Of a stretch of 64,000 bases of DNA, positions 11,261 to 21,702 are shown piece after piece. The number at the start of each line of letters is the position of its first letter. The first letter of the stretch is position 1. The notes beneath the pieces are model-generated. The model ran no database searches. It saw only the letters and a list, made by a program, of their open reading frames with translations, and was not told where the DNA came from. A program made the position numbers and the translations under genes. Source of the DNA: an uncultured Rivularia sp. (GTDB taxonomy: Bacteria; Cyanobacteriota; Cyanobacteriia; Cyanobacteriales; Nostocaceae); contig OY762007.1 in the NCBI GenBank assembly GCA_963665115.1, forward strand, positions 8,096,001-8,160,000. Reading direction: 5' to 3'.

Positions 11261-11494
11261 CTACTTCCCACTACCGGGACCTCCACCCTGAAAGCCACCG
11301 TAGGAGGAACGACCGGGTACAAATATCCATGTACCGTTGTTACCGTAGGAACCGGATAAACTGGTTCCCCGACGAGGGGAGAAGTTTGCTTGTTTTTCTT
11401 CGCGCAATACGAAAGCTGATTTTTGAGTGTAAGCGTCGGTAACTGACCACATTGCCATTAGTACCGCGATTCCAGCAAAGACTTTTGTAAGCAT
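11261..11494 (-). CDS. Small membrane/secreted protein with Gly-rich C-terminus (…FQGGGPGSGK)
   Basis: Hydrophobic N-terminus; C-terminal tail recalled from DUF4247/DUF4178-cluster proteins; co-oriented within the cluster. Confidence 0.7.
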   Translation of the reverse strand: MLTKVFAGIAVLMAMWSVTDAYTQKSAFVLREEKQANFSPRRGTSLSGSYGNNGTWIFVPGRSSYGGFQGGGPGSGK

Positions 11495-11629
11495 AGTTTT
11501 TTATTTAATCTAAATAAAAATTGTTTGTTTTGCTTCGTTTACCTATTTTTTCCAAATTGAAAAGGATTGGGACTTAACATTTAAAGAATTTACAACTCCT
11601 AACTCTCTCTCAATCCAAAATCCAAAATC

Positions 11630-12701
11630 CTATAGGCTATCGGTAACTGAAGCACCAATATGAACAGCTTCTACCGCTGTACAAGTTCGATTCCCGTCGA
11701 TAACGGTGAGAGTTGTCTTATCAACAGGTGCATCTGGGATAACTTCTACATGAAAACCGTAGGAGTCTTGCGGTTCTAAGATCAAAAACTTTTGTGCAAA
11801 ACCCGTTACTTTTTCAAGCTTTCCATCTTCCCGATGAAACTTTAAATTCAAAGGAATATTCTCGCTGTATAGCTGTTCCCCATAAGAATCTTTGATAACC
11901 AGTCTAGCCCGCATTGTCTGAGGACTTGTTTCGTCAGATGTTACGTTAATTTTGACACGTACCAATTTATCGGCACCACCAAGAGTTGCTCGTTCGCTGG
12001 GGGTCGCTGTCGTTGATTGTTTTGGAAATCACCTTTTTCCCACTACGTGGGGCTGCAATATATGTCATTACGGCTAAAGCTAAAGTCCCAAATAAACCCG
12101 GCCATAGATGACGACCGTCTACAACTCCGTTAGTAATTTTCACGTCAAAACTTACGGAATTCGTCGTCGGTTTCGGTTTATTACCTTGATTCCCAGTTAA
12201 ATCATCTGCTGAAAATTGAGTTGAGGATCTGGTTCTTCCTCCCGACAAATTTTCGTACTCTAATACGGAAATAGCAACTGTCACCTCTTCATTTTTCTTG
12301 GCACGTACATCTAAGCCAGCATCTAAATCATCCTCGTCCCAGCTACCAGATTCACCATCTTCATACCAAATCCCCGATTCACGCCATGCTTGCTTAGTCG
12401 CAGAAGCAATCAGTTTTCCTTGTTTATCAAGTAACTGAATCTCATATACCAGCCCATGATTATTTGGTATAGAGGCTTTTGTATCAATCCGCAATGCTCC
12501 AACTAATTGAGGCTCAAGTTTGAGCGCTTCAATTTTGACCACTTCTTCTTCATTAACTTTGACAGTTTGCGAAAAAAGCACTTTTCCAAAAAAAGCGGAT
12601 GCAATTAAGGCTAAAAAAATTAAGCCAGTAGCACCAAAAGCAATATAAAGTGCAGGATCTATAAAACGATTTGTCTTCTCAACATTTATAGTTGCTGACA
12701 T
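11630..12701 (-). CDS. Two-TM hypothetical protein resembling C-terminal regions of DUF4178 proteins, split by one +1 frameshift
   Basis: 'WYEDGESGSWDE' motif; removing one base at 11999-12003 gives INDSDPSERATLGGADKLVRVKINV. Confidence 0.7.
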
Positions 12702-13551
12702 GATATTTTCAGCTTCACAGTATTTTTAACAACACTATGACATAATAACCTTCCGGAAAAGTTAAGTAAGTTTAGAAAACTACCGCAAGTCAGATTTAAC
12801 AAAGGATTTAGCTTTTTTAGAAATGTATCAAATCTATTTTTATCAGAAGTGAAATGATGATTTTACGGAGAATAAATAGTAAAGAAACATAGATACTAAG
12901 TATTACTACTGTTCTCGTAATATAAAGTTGTAATAAAGAAATTAAGAAGATATGTTGTAGCTTCTATTTAAGTTGCTTCTAAAACACTTTAATTATGTGA
13001 CAGAGACTTAAATGTATAGCAGTACGCTTGTTTATTATCATCAGATAAATTATTGCAAGCATTTACTAACATGAAATTAGTATAAAGCATCTATAAATAC
13101 ATTTTTTTATTGGTAGCATGGCATCATTATTGTTAGATAATTACACGTTCAATTACACGATTAGTTATCGATGAGCCAAGAATGTTGAATTAAAGATTAA
13201 AGGCATTTAAAAGGTATTTTACTAAATACATATTTGATGTTAAATACAGGTTGTTTGAGGTTAATAACTGTTTAATAAAAACTCTCATTGAACTACCAAA
13301 ACATGAATAATCAACTTCATGACGACGATATTTTTTGCAAAATGCATCTCTATTCAAATTCACATCTTGCATCATTCTCAACAACCCTAAAGAAACCGGG
13401 TTTCTGAAGCTGGTGCAAATTAAGAGTTTAAATAGGGTTATAGATAGACGCAATCTTTTTGATTGTCTATCAATTGTTGATTTTTTTATCTACAACTGGG
13501 GCATTTTATCTACTTTATCTATATATAATGATTTTTCAGGCAAAGACAAAA

Positions 13552-15093
13552 ATGGCTGATACTAATTACGATGCAATTATAATCGGTACTGGTGCTGGTG
13601 GTGGAACCTTAGCCAGAGTTTTAGCTGCAAGTGGTAAGAAGATATTAATTTTAGAAAGAGGAAGTTTTTTACCTAAAGAGAAAGCTAACTGGAATGCAAC
13701 AGAAATATTTCGCAATGATTGTTATCGCACTCGCGAAGTCTGGTACGACAAACAGGGTAAACCCATTCATCCTGTAACCCATTACAACGTCGGTGGTAAT
13801 ACTAAATTTTATGGTAGCGCTCTATTCAGATTGCGCGATCGCGATTTTGAAAATGTCGTCCATCATGACGGTATTTCTCCAGAATGGCCGTTAAAATACC
13901 AAGATTTCGCCGATTACTATACTCGTGCGGAGCAAATGTATGAGGTTCACGGTAAGCGCGGTTTGGACTCTACCGAACCAAAAGTAGATAGCGATTATCC
14001 CTTTCCACCCATCACCCACGAACCCTATATTCAGAGAATCAACGAAAAACTTAAAGACAAGGGTTTGCATCCATTTTATTTACCTTTGGGGCTAAAGTTA
14101 AATGAGAAAAATTCATGGGCTAGTCACTGTATCCGCTGCAATACCTGCGATGGTTTTCCCTGTTTGGTTGATGGCAAAGCTGATGCTGATATCAACGGTG
14201 TACGTCCGGCGATCGCCTATAATAATGTGACTTTAGTTACTCAGGCTAAGGTCGTAAAATTACATACGAATCCATCAGGAACAGAAGTAAATACGGTAGA
14301 AGCAGAGATTTTAGGAAAGCTGTATCATTTCAGCGCTAATATTGTTGTAGTTTCCTGCGGTGCAATCAATTCAGCAATATTATTATTAAAGTCTGCTAAC
14401 AATAAACATCCGAATGGATTAGCGAATAGTTCCGATTTGGTAGGGCGTAACTATATGGCGCATAAATTTGGTGTAGTAGCAGCCTTATCCAGCAAAAAAA
14501 ATCATACTGACTTTCAAAAGACTATCGGTTTAACTGATTTTTATTGGGGAGAAAAAGATTTTCATTATCCAATGGGTAGCGTGCAATTACTGGGCAATAT
14601 TCCAGAGGAAAGAATTGAAGAAGATGCACCATTATTTATACCCAATTTTATAGCTAAAAACATTGCTAAACATACCGTGGGATGGTTTTTGATGACTGAA
14701 GATTTACCAAGCCCGAATAACCGGGTACGGATTCATCAAGATAAAATATTTCTCGAATATACCCACAACAACGAAGTGCCATTTCAAAGATTAATAAAGC
14801 GTTGGGTACAGGTTTTAAAATCAACTAATACTCGTAGTAATTGGGATGATTTTACATTATATTCTTCCCAAAAACTGACTATTAAAGAAGTTGGCCATCA
14901 ATGCGGTACTTGTCGCTTCGGTGAAGATGCAAAAACATCGGTTTTAGATATCAATTGTCGTACCCACGACGTTGATAATTTATATGTAGTCGATGGTAGT
15001 TTTTTCCCTTCCAGTGCTGCGGTTAACCCTACATTAACTATTATTGCTAATGCAATACGTGTAGGCGAACATATTCTAAAAAGGTTGGGATAA
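13552..15093 (+). CDS. GMC family oxidoreductase
   Basis: 'YDAIIIGTGAGGG' FAD motif; 'GHQCGTCRFG', 'NLYVVDGSFFPSSAAVNPTLTIIANA'; start placed at ATG 13552. Confidence 0.93.
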   Translation: MADTNYDAIIIGTGAGGGTLARVLAASGKKILILERGSFLPKEKANWNATEIFRNDCYRTREVWYDKQGKPIHPVTHYNVGGNTKFYGSALFRLRDRDFENVVHHDGISPEWPLKYQDFADYYTRAEQMYEVHGKRGLDSTEPKVDSDYPFPPITHEPYIQRINEKLKDKGLHPFYLPLGLKLNEKNSWASHCIRCNTCDGFPCLVDGKADADINGVRPAIAYNNVTLVTQAKVVKLHTNPSGTEVNTVEAEILGKLYHFSANIVVVSCGAINSAILLLKSANNKHPNGLANSSDLVGRNYMAHKFGVVAALSSKKNHTDFQKTIGLTDFYWGEKDFHYPMGSVQLLGNIPEERIEEDAPLFIPNFIAKNIAKHTVGWFLMTEDLPSPNNRVRIHQDKIFLEYTHNNEVPFQRLIKRWVQVLKSTNTRSNWDDFTLYSSQKLTIKEVGHQCGTCRFGEDAKTSVLDINCRTHDVDNLYVVDGSFFPSSAAVNPTLTIIANAIRVGEHILKRLG

Positions 15094-15160
15094 TCTTCTG
15101 ACAGGATCGGAATCCGGCTTGATGAATTATAAAAATATCAGCTTACTGAAAAACCAAAAA

Positions 15161-15290
15161 CCTCACCCTCGCTTCACCTATGGTAAATCTTTCCCTCTCC
15201 TTATTAAGGAGAGGGTTAGGGTGAGGTTTTCTGAGAATTCATCTGGACTTAATATCAACCTCCTTATTAAGGTGAGGGTTAGGGTGAGAT
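15161..15290. repeat. Two tandem palindromic repeats (CCCTCTCC-N-GGAGAGGG-TTAGGGTGAG family)
   Basis: ccctctccttattaaggagagggttagggtgagg at 15193-15226 and a degenerate copy near 15259-15290, between convergent genes. Confidence 0.75.
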
Positions 15291-15346
15291 TTTCTAATAA
15301 TTCATCCGAACTTAATCAGCTATTCGGTGCGTTTTACTATTTAAAC

Positions 15347-16162
15347 CTATTTCAGCGCTAATACAAAAAAGGTTGTAATATCATGCCAAACACCTTTATC
15401 TGTAGTCAAACCTTCAATAATGCTGGCAAATTCAGCTTTTAATTGTTCCTTTTGTGATGATGGAAGTTGTAACAAAGGATTTTCAGGGTGAATCCAAGTG
15501 CTTCCATCAAAAATCTTCTTTGCATCTTCAACTGACAGATATTTTCCGAATTGCTCGGTTGTCACTTCAATACTGTGAAAACCAGCTTCTTTTAAGAGGT
15601 TTTCGCATTTTTGCGCGGTACCTAAAGGCTCGTGTATATTAGGTAGAGAAATACCACAGTTAGAGCAAGTCTTAATTATTGCGGGAGTCATCAAAGAAGT
15701 TTCCGCATAAGCGTTAAAAGCAACAATTCCCCCTGGCTTCATAAAATGATACCAATCTTTGAAAGCAACAGCAATATTTTTAAAAACCATAAGAGCAGAA
15801 CAACATAAAACAGCATCAAAATAGCTTTCGCGAAAGTTCAGGTATTCTGCGTCTGCTTCAATTAACTCAACATTTATTAAATTTAATTTATTAATTTTAT
15901 CTTGTGCCTGCTTAAGTAAAACAGCAGCGATATCAACTCCCACAACTTTGCCTTGTATACCTACAATCTCAGCAGCAGGAATAGCAATCAAACCCGTACC
16001 AGTTGCAATATCTAGTATTTTATATCCCTTTTGTAAAGGTAATAATTCTAAAAAACGATTGGCACGACGGTTTGCAAATTCACTACCATCATAGTTAGTT
16101 CTAGCATTGAAGTAGTCAGCTACTTGCTGCTTATATTTATTAAGTTTTGTATAATTAGACAT
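15347..16162 (-). CDS. Class I SAM-dependent methyltransferase (UbiE-like), paralog 1
   Basis: 'KILDIATGTG', 'VVGVDI', 'IEADAE', 'FDAVLC'. Confidence 0.9.
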   Translation of the reverse strand: MSNYTKLNKYKQQVADYFNARTNYDGSEFANRRANRFLELLPLQKGYKILDIATGTGLIAIPAAEIVGIQGKVVGVDIAAVLLKQAQDKINKLNLINVELIEADAEYLNFRESYFDAVLCCSALMVFKNIAVAFKDWYHFMKPGGIVAFNAYAETSLMTPAIIKTCSNCGISLPNIHEPLGTAQKCENLLKEAGFHSIEVTTEQFGKYLSVEDAKKIFDGSTWIHPENPLLQLPSSQKEQLKAEFASIIEGLTTDKGVWHDITTFFVLALK

Positions 16163-16505
16163 TTACAAAATCTCTTTTATCAAGTATTTTTAGTTAAATT
16201 AATTGACATAAGTCTCACTATTAAGTAGTTACCTTACAGCATCTATACTGTCAGACTCAATCTGCAAGGGGAAACGCATCTACAACTGCATAAGCTAATT
16301 ATCTAAACCCCATATACATATAAGACGAGGTAGTAGAAAAAGTAGAATTGTCATATATGTTGTGTTTGTATGTTCAAATTGAATGTGAAATTAAATTTAC
16401 TATGAAGTAACTTAAAATACACTTGCAAGTGTGCTAATAAAGCATAAGACTATAGTGTCATTTGAAATAGAGCTTATATATAAATTATTTTTTTGGAGAG
16501 AGAAT

Positions 16506-16865
16506 ATGATAAAACTCCTTTCTATGGATGCTAACAATGTTGTAGGTGTTTCAATCAAAGGAAACGTAAAGACTAAAGACTTTGAATTAGTGAAAAAGTT
16601 CATTAGTGAAGTAGAGGTTCATTACGAGTTTTTACGGATATATGTGGAAATTAAAGATATCGAAGGATTTTCGCTAGAAACTTTATTAAAAGAATTTGAA
16701 TTTACTCTAAGTCAGTTTCATAAATTTGAAAAAGAAGCGATAGTCATTGAGAAAAAATTGGTTCAAAGTCTTGAAGGTATGAAAGATTTACTGGTTGCAG
16801 GTGTAAAAGTTAAGTGTTTTAGCTTTGAAGATAAATGCGAAGCACGTTGTTGGATATTGAATTGA
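16506..16865 (+). CDS. STAS/SEC14 (SpoIIAA-like) domain protein
   Basis: 'NVVGVSIKGNVKTKDF...LRIYVEIKDIEGFS...KFEKEAIV...VKCFSFEDKCEARCWI'; start at ATG 16506 after GGAGAG. Confidence 0.8.
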   Translation: MIKLLSMDANNVVGVSIKGNVKTKDFELVKKFISEVEVHYEFLRIYVEIKDIEGFSLETLLKEFEFTLSQFHKFEKEAIVIEKKLVQSLEGMKDLLVAGVKVKCFSFEDKCEARCWILN

Positions 16866-16867
16866 TT

Positions 16868-17680
16868 TTAGTCTTTATGTGCAACGACAAAATAAGTTGT
16901 CTTATCATTCCAAACACCTTTATCTGTAGCTAAACGTTCAACTTTTGTCTGATATTCTTTTTTACAATGGTTTAATTGCAGCTGCGAAAGTTCTGTCAAA
17001 GGATTGCTTCGAGGATGAAACCAACCTCCATTCCAGGATTTTGCATCATCGAGGCTAATGTAACTACCAAATTGTTGAGTTTCGATAGAAATATTGTGAA
17101 AACCAGCTTGTAGTAATAAATCGCGGCATTTTTGCTGAGTACCCAAAGGTGCATTAATATTCGGTAGTGAGATTCCGCAAGTAGCGCCAGCTTGAATAAT
17201 AATCGGTGTGATAAAAGATGTTTCTGAAAAGCAAGAGAAAGCTACAGTACCGCCTTTATTGAGAAAACGGTACCATTTTTGTAGAGCAGTCGGGATATCA
17301 CTCAACCAGACGAAAGCCGAAGAACAAAAAATCACATCAAAACTTTTATCATCAAAGTCTACATAATCCGCATCAGCTTCAATCAATTCAATATTTTGCA
17401 AACCAGCTTGCTCAATCTTTTCCCGTGCTTGGCTGAGCATAGTTGAAGAAATATCCACACCGACTACTTTTCCTTCATTTCCTACAATTTGGGCTGCTGA
17501 AATTGCCACAATTCCGGTACCAGTTGCGACATCTAATATTTTTTGTCCTTTTTGAAGCTGTACTAAATCTACTAAAGCAAGCGCTAAACGAAAACGAAAA
17601 TCATCATCATACTTAGTTCGTTGATTAAAAAATTCAGTTACCTGTTGTTTGTATTGTTTCTCGTATTGGGAATTATCCAT
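16868..17680 (-). CDS. Class I SAM-dependent methyltransferase, paralog 2
   Basis: 'GQKILDVATGTG', 'VVGVDIS', 'FDVIFC'. Confidence 0.9.
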   Translation of the reverse strand: MDNSQYEKQYKQQVTEFFNQRTKYDDDFRFRLALALVDLVQLQKGQKILDVATGTGIVAISAAQIVGNEGKVVGVDISSTMLSQAREKIEQAGLQNIELIEADADYVDFDDKSFDVIFCSSAFVWLSDIPTALQKWYRFLNKGGTVAFSCFSETSFITPIIIQAGATCGISLPNINAPLGTQQKCRDLLLQAGFHNISIETQQFGSYISLDDAKSWNGGWFHPRSNPLTELSQLQLNHCKKEYQTKVERLATDKGVWNDKTTYFVVAHKD

Positions 17681-17841
17681 AATTATCTTATTGCTCGATT
17701 ACTTAAAGCTAAATATAAACAGCAAGCAATATAGTTGTCTTCTGAAAACTTGCTCGAAATTATATTGAAATCTTGCAATCAATTAAAATTTACTTGTGAC
17801 GTATCGTTATAACCATAATCTCGTAGTGCGTTAGGGCAATT

Positions 17842-18735
17842 TCAAATTTGATTTCGATAGACTTTTGGTGTAACTCCCATATGCTTGCGAAACAAAACTG
17901 TAAAATTAGTTTGACTGGAGCAACCAATATTTAATGCTATTTCCACCAGAGGTAATTGAGTATAGGTAAGTAAAAACTTTGCTCGTTTAATCCGACATTG
18001 AATAATATATTGATGGGGAGAGATACCTATCGTATTTTTAAACCAGCGACAAAAATTATAAGAACTCATATTTACTAAACTTGCAAGTCTATTTAAACTT
18101 AATTTCTGTGCTAAATTGTCGTTAATATAATCAACAACTCGCTGTAATTGTTGCTGAGAAAGTTCAATTTTGGATTCAGTAATTTTTGAATTAACCAGAG
18201 AATAATTTTTTAAAATACGAACAGCTAAAGCATTAGCAATTGATTCCGCAAAAATATTACCAGATGGACATCCTGCTGTAATTTCTCCCTGCAAAGCCAT
18301 TCCCAAATGAAAAATCTGGGAATCATCAACACCTCGCTGGGGAATAATTTCAATAGAATCGCAATCAATTGAATCGCCTATTACCTGATGAAAAAGATTG
18401 GAATTAAGAGATATTAGCAAAAAATCAACATCTTCAAACCAGCGTGCTTGAGTTGGAATACCTTTAGGAGTAATCCCAATTACACCTTTTCTCATTTGAG
18501 TAGTATGTAGTTTTCCACCTGCTAAACGCCAATCTATTTGATAATTTTTGCCCAGTTGAATAGCAATGCTGTGTTGTCGCAAGCAAATTTCCGGAGATTC
18601 AAAAGCTGGTAAATGATGTTGCTCAATTGAAATATCCTCCCAATTTGAAGCACCCGAAATAATTGGGGGTTTATAAGCCACGGGAATTAGATTTCCGCTT
18701 GTAACTTCTATTGCTGAAAGTCTTTCAGATACCAT
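17842..18735 (-). CDS. AraC family transcriptional regulator
   Basis: C-terminal double HTH 'LASLVNMSSYNFCRWFKNTIGISPHQY...IALNIGCSSQTNFTVLFRKHMGVTPKVYR'. Confidence 0.93.
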   Translation of the reverse strand: MVSERLSAIEVTSGNLIPVAYKPPIISGASNWEDISIEQHHLPAFESPEICLRQHSIAIQLGKNYQIDWRLAGGKLHTTQMRKGVIGITPKGIPTQARWFEDVDFLLISLNSNLFHQVIGDSIDCDSIEIIPQRGVDDSQIFHLGMALQGEITAGCPSGNIFAESIANALAVRILKNYSLVNSKITESKIELSQQQLQRVVDYINDNLAQKLSLNRLASLVNMSSYNFCRWFKNTIGISPHQYIIQCRIKRAKFLLTYTQLPLVEIALNIGCSSQTNFTVLFRKHMGVTPKVYRNQI

Positions 18736-18766
18736 TTTTAAGATTCAACTCCTAACTATTAACTGA

Positions 18767-20500
18767 TTACTGATTACTGGTTAACAGCCTTAGCGCTGGA
18801 GAATTTTGTAATTGTAAGGAATGTTGCGGTATGCCAATATTGATATTTTCTCGATCAAAAGCATATTTGAGACGACGACGAAATTCTCTACCTAAAGCAA
18901 ATTGCGTTCCGGGTTCGGTTTTAAACCACAGCAAAATTTCGATCCCATTATGGCTAATATTATTAACTCCTAAAACATTAACTGGATCGATAACTGAATC
19001 TTTCCACTCTCGATCGTTCTGCATTCCGCAAGCAGTTTCTCTGACTATTTCTAATGCTTTATCGACATCATTTTCTGGACTAATTTCTACAGTAAAAACT
19101 ATCCGCGACCAATCTTTTGTTAAATTGTGAACTGTGGATATAGTACTGTTAGAAATAGTACTCAAAATCCCGTTTGCTTGGCGTAGTTGAGTCATTCGCA
19201 GATTGACGTTTTCTACAACACCTACAGTTCCACCAATATTTATTAAATCGCCAATAATAAATTGGTCTTCCCAAAGCATAATTATACCATTAATGATATC
19301 TCTAATTAAATTTTGCGAACTGAAAGAAACAGCAAAACCAACAATTCCGGCTCCTGCTAATATTGGTATAATTGGAATATGTAATTTTTCTAAAAACCAT
19401 AAAATACCTAATACCATCCAGATAAAAGTTATCGATCCATTTAAAACATTAGAAAAAGTGGTTAACCGTGAAACACGTCGAGCAGAAATATCGGATTTTT
19501 GTAATTCTTTATCTAAAAACTTTCTGAATAAAAAATCTATAATAACGGTACTAGCTTTAATACCTAAAATTGTTCCGAGAATAATCGCTAATAATAAAGG
19601 TTTTGTCAGCAACCAATCTTCTAACCAACGAGTATAAGGAAACATTCCGGCGATTGCGGCTAATCCTAATACCCACGCAATAAATAAACTGATTACTAAT
19701 ATCCATCTTTTGAGTCTATTAATATTCAACTTGCGCTGCCAAACTAGTTTTTGCTGACAGTAATGCATCATCTGCACGTCTTCTTGTTCTTCTTCGGTGT
19801 TTTCTTCCTCAATTGCGAACTCGCTCATTTGGGGTTTTTCTTCTTGAAGTCTATCCCAGTTTTTACCAAAACTTTTATATATAGATATTAAGAATAAACT
19901 TAATAACATTAATCCGATAATTATTCCCAATGAAAATAAACCTTTACGCTGTAAAGATTCTGGTAATCTATCTTGCCGTGCTTTAATTAAGGCAGGGCGA
20001 ATATTGTTACTAAATTGTTGAGCTAAATCAGCTACCGACAAACCATGAAGTTGAGCATCTAACTCAGTAACGCTGATTAATTTGCGTCGCGATAACTTAG
20101 CGCCATCGCCCACTAAAATTACGGTTTGTTGTTCGCTTTGAGCGGGAATAACGTATAATCTTCGGGGATTGAAATCTGTAGCAAGAATTTCATCAAGATT
20201 TTGCTCGTACATTCGCACCCTAATTTCAAGCGGTGAAATCGTATTTTGATTGAGATTACTAATAGTTCCCTTCATCGCTGCGATATGCAAAATTTCTCGT
20301 CCATCCAGCGTTATCGGAGCGTAAACAATACTACTTTGATTGTCAGGAGAATTAATAAAAGGGTTAGGATTTGATTTCGCTTGAACTTGAATGCTTGTAA
20401 AGATAGTTAAGCTAAAGGTTATCAGGCTAATTGCCATAAAAACTTTAGCAGATAGCCGCTTTTTCAAACCCGTCAGTCGATTAACCATATCTCTACCCAA
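18767..20500 (-). CDS. MscS-family mechanosensitive ion channel
   Basis: 'LAGAGIVGFAVSFSSQNLIRDIINGI...DQFIIGDLINIGGTVGVVENVNLRMTQLR'. Confidence 0.92.
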   Translation of the reverse strand: MGRDMVNRLTGLKKRLSAKVFMAISLITFSLTIFTSIQVQAKSNPNPFINSPDNQSSIVYAPITLDGREILHIAAMKGTISNLNQNTISPLEIRVRMYEQNLDEILATDFNPRRLYVIPAQSEQQTVILVGDGAKLSRRKLISVTELDAQLHGLSVADLAQQFSNNIRPALIKARQDRLPESLQRKGLFSLGIIIGLMLLSLFLISIYKSFGKNWDRLQEEKPQMSEFAIEEENTEEEQEDVQMMHYCQQKLVWQRKLNINRLKRWILVISLFIAWVLGLAAIAGMFPYTRWLEDWLLTKPLLLAIILGTILGIKASTVIIDFLFRKFLDKELQKSDISARRVSRLTTFSNVLNGSITFIWMVLGILWFLEKLHIPIIPILAGAGIVGFAVSFSSQNLIRDIINGIIMLWEDQFIIGDLINIGGTVGVVENVNLRMTQLRQANGILSTISNSTISTVHNLTKDWSRIVFTVEISPENDVDKALEIVRETACGMQNDREWKDSVIDPVNVLGVNNISHNGIEILLWFKTEPGTQFALGREFRRRLKYAFDRENINIGIPQHSLQLQNSPALRLLTSNQ

Positions 20501-20622
20501 GTTTTCAACTGGTTGACGGTTATTAGTTTAAAGCGAAAGTGTACCTGGTAAATTAAGATTCGTAATTACCCACGAAAAGCCCCCCTGCGAACAATTAAAA
20601 GAGACGTAGCAATGCTACGTCT

Positions 20623-21441
20623 CTACATTGCACGTACAAAAAATATCGGCGCATCGCACCAAACACCTTTTTCTGTTGTTGGTACCAGCATTTCTTCGAT
20701 ATATTCCGCTTTACATTGCTCTAATTTATCTGCTGAAAGTTGAAAAACTTGATAACCAAAAACATTTTTGACATTCATCCACCAAATATCTTCGGCAATG
20801 CTATTATCTACCTTAAAATACCAGCCAAACTGCTGAGTTTCTATCTGAATATCTCTGAAACCTATTTCGTGTAATAATCGATTGCATTTTTCCATAGTTC
20901 CCATTGCTGCGTTAGGATTGGGAACATTAATACCATACCTGCTTGCAACTTCTCTAAACAAAACAGAAGATGGGAACGCATTTTCCTGCCAAACATTAAA
21001 CGCTATAAGTCCACCTATTTTAATCAACTGATGCCATTTTCGCAAAGCTGCGGGAATATCAGTTAAATAACAAATAGCTAAAGAACACAATACAGCATCA
21101 AAACTGTTATCGCTAAAATCCAACTTTTCCGCATCTGCTTCGATAAATTCAACATTCTGTAAATTAGTTTCAGCTAACTTTTGTTTGGCATTGTTCAACA
21201 TTCCCGCAGAGATATCGACACCGATAACCTCTCCTTCGCTACCAACTTTTTCGGCAGCATTCAACGCAACTATACCCGTACCCGTCGCGATATCTAATAT
21301 TTTTTGTCCGTTTTGTAAATTTGCAAATTCAACCAACCGATTGGCGATCGCTTTATAAAATCTACCATTATCGTAATTAGTTCTGGAATTAAAGTCGGTT
21401 AATAATTGTTTTTTATAAGCTGTTTTATAGTTAGTTGACAT
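20623..21441 (-). CDS. Class I SAM-dependent methyltransferase, paralog 3
   Basis: 'GQKILDIATGTG', 'VIGVDIS', 'FDAVLC'. Confidence 0.9.
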   Translation of the reverse strand: MSTNYKTAYKKQLLTDFNSRTNYDNGRFYKAIANRLVEFANLQNGQKILDIATGTGIVALNAAEKVGSEGEVIGVDISAGMLNNAKQKLAETNLQNVEFIEADAEKLDFSDNSFDAVLCSLAICYLTDIPAALRKWHQLIKIGGLIAFNVWQENAFPSSVLFREVASRYGINVPNPNAAMGTMEKCNRLLHEIGFRDIQIETQQFGWYFKVDNSIAEDIWWMNVKNVFGYQVFQLSADKLEQCKAEYIEEMLVPTTEKGVWCDAPIFFVRAM

Positions 21442-21702
21442 TATAATTGATCGGGGAATAGGGAACAGGAAAAAAAGTTAAATTAGAATCCGAATTATCT
21501 CTATTTTCTCTTCCTCAGCGTCCTCTGCGTCTCTGCGGTTTAATATTCTTCAAATGCTATATAATTACCATAACTTATCGTCAGTGCCTAACGCGATCAA
21601 AATTTTCTACATCATCACACACCCGACATTAAATTGTCGTTACAACCTAAAATACGGGAAGACGTTGCAATGCAACGTCTCTACATTAGTTAACGATATA
21701 AT

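Noticed and set aside
12752..12757. DIF1 (TCCGGA) heterocyst promoter upstream of the speE-like module
   Set aside because: A single hexamer without a convincing downstream element; expected by chance
13190..13559. ORFs 13190-13453 and 13335-13559
   Set aside because: AT-rich intergenic frames with no motifs, overlapping a short palindrome
15119..15361. 80-aa ORF with repeated LLIKxRVRVRFS
   Set aside because: Translation of the tandem palindromic DNA repeat, not a plausible protein
18831..19637. Antisense ORFs within mscS (and similar shadow ORFs within dnaE, flv, kinase, tolC)
   Set aside because: Fully overlap well-supported genes on the opposite strand or frame
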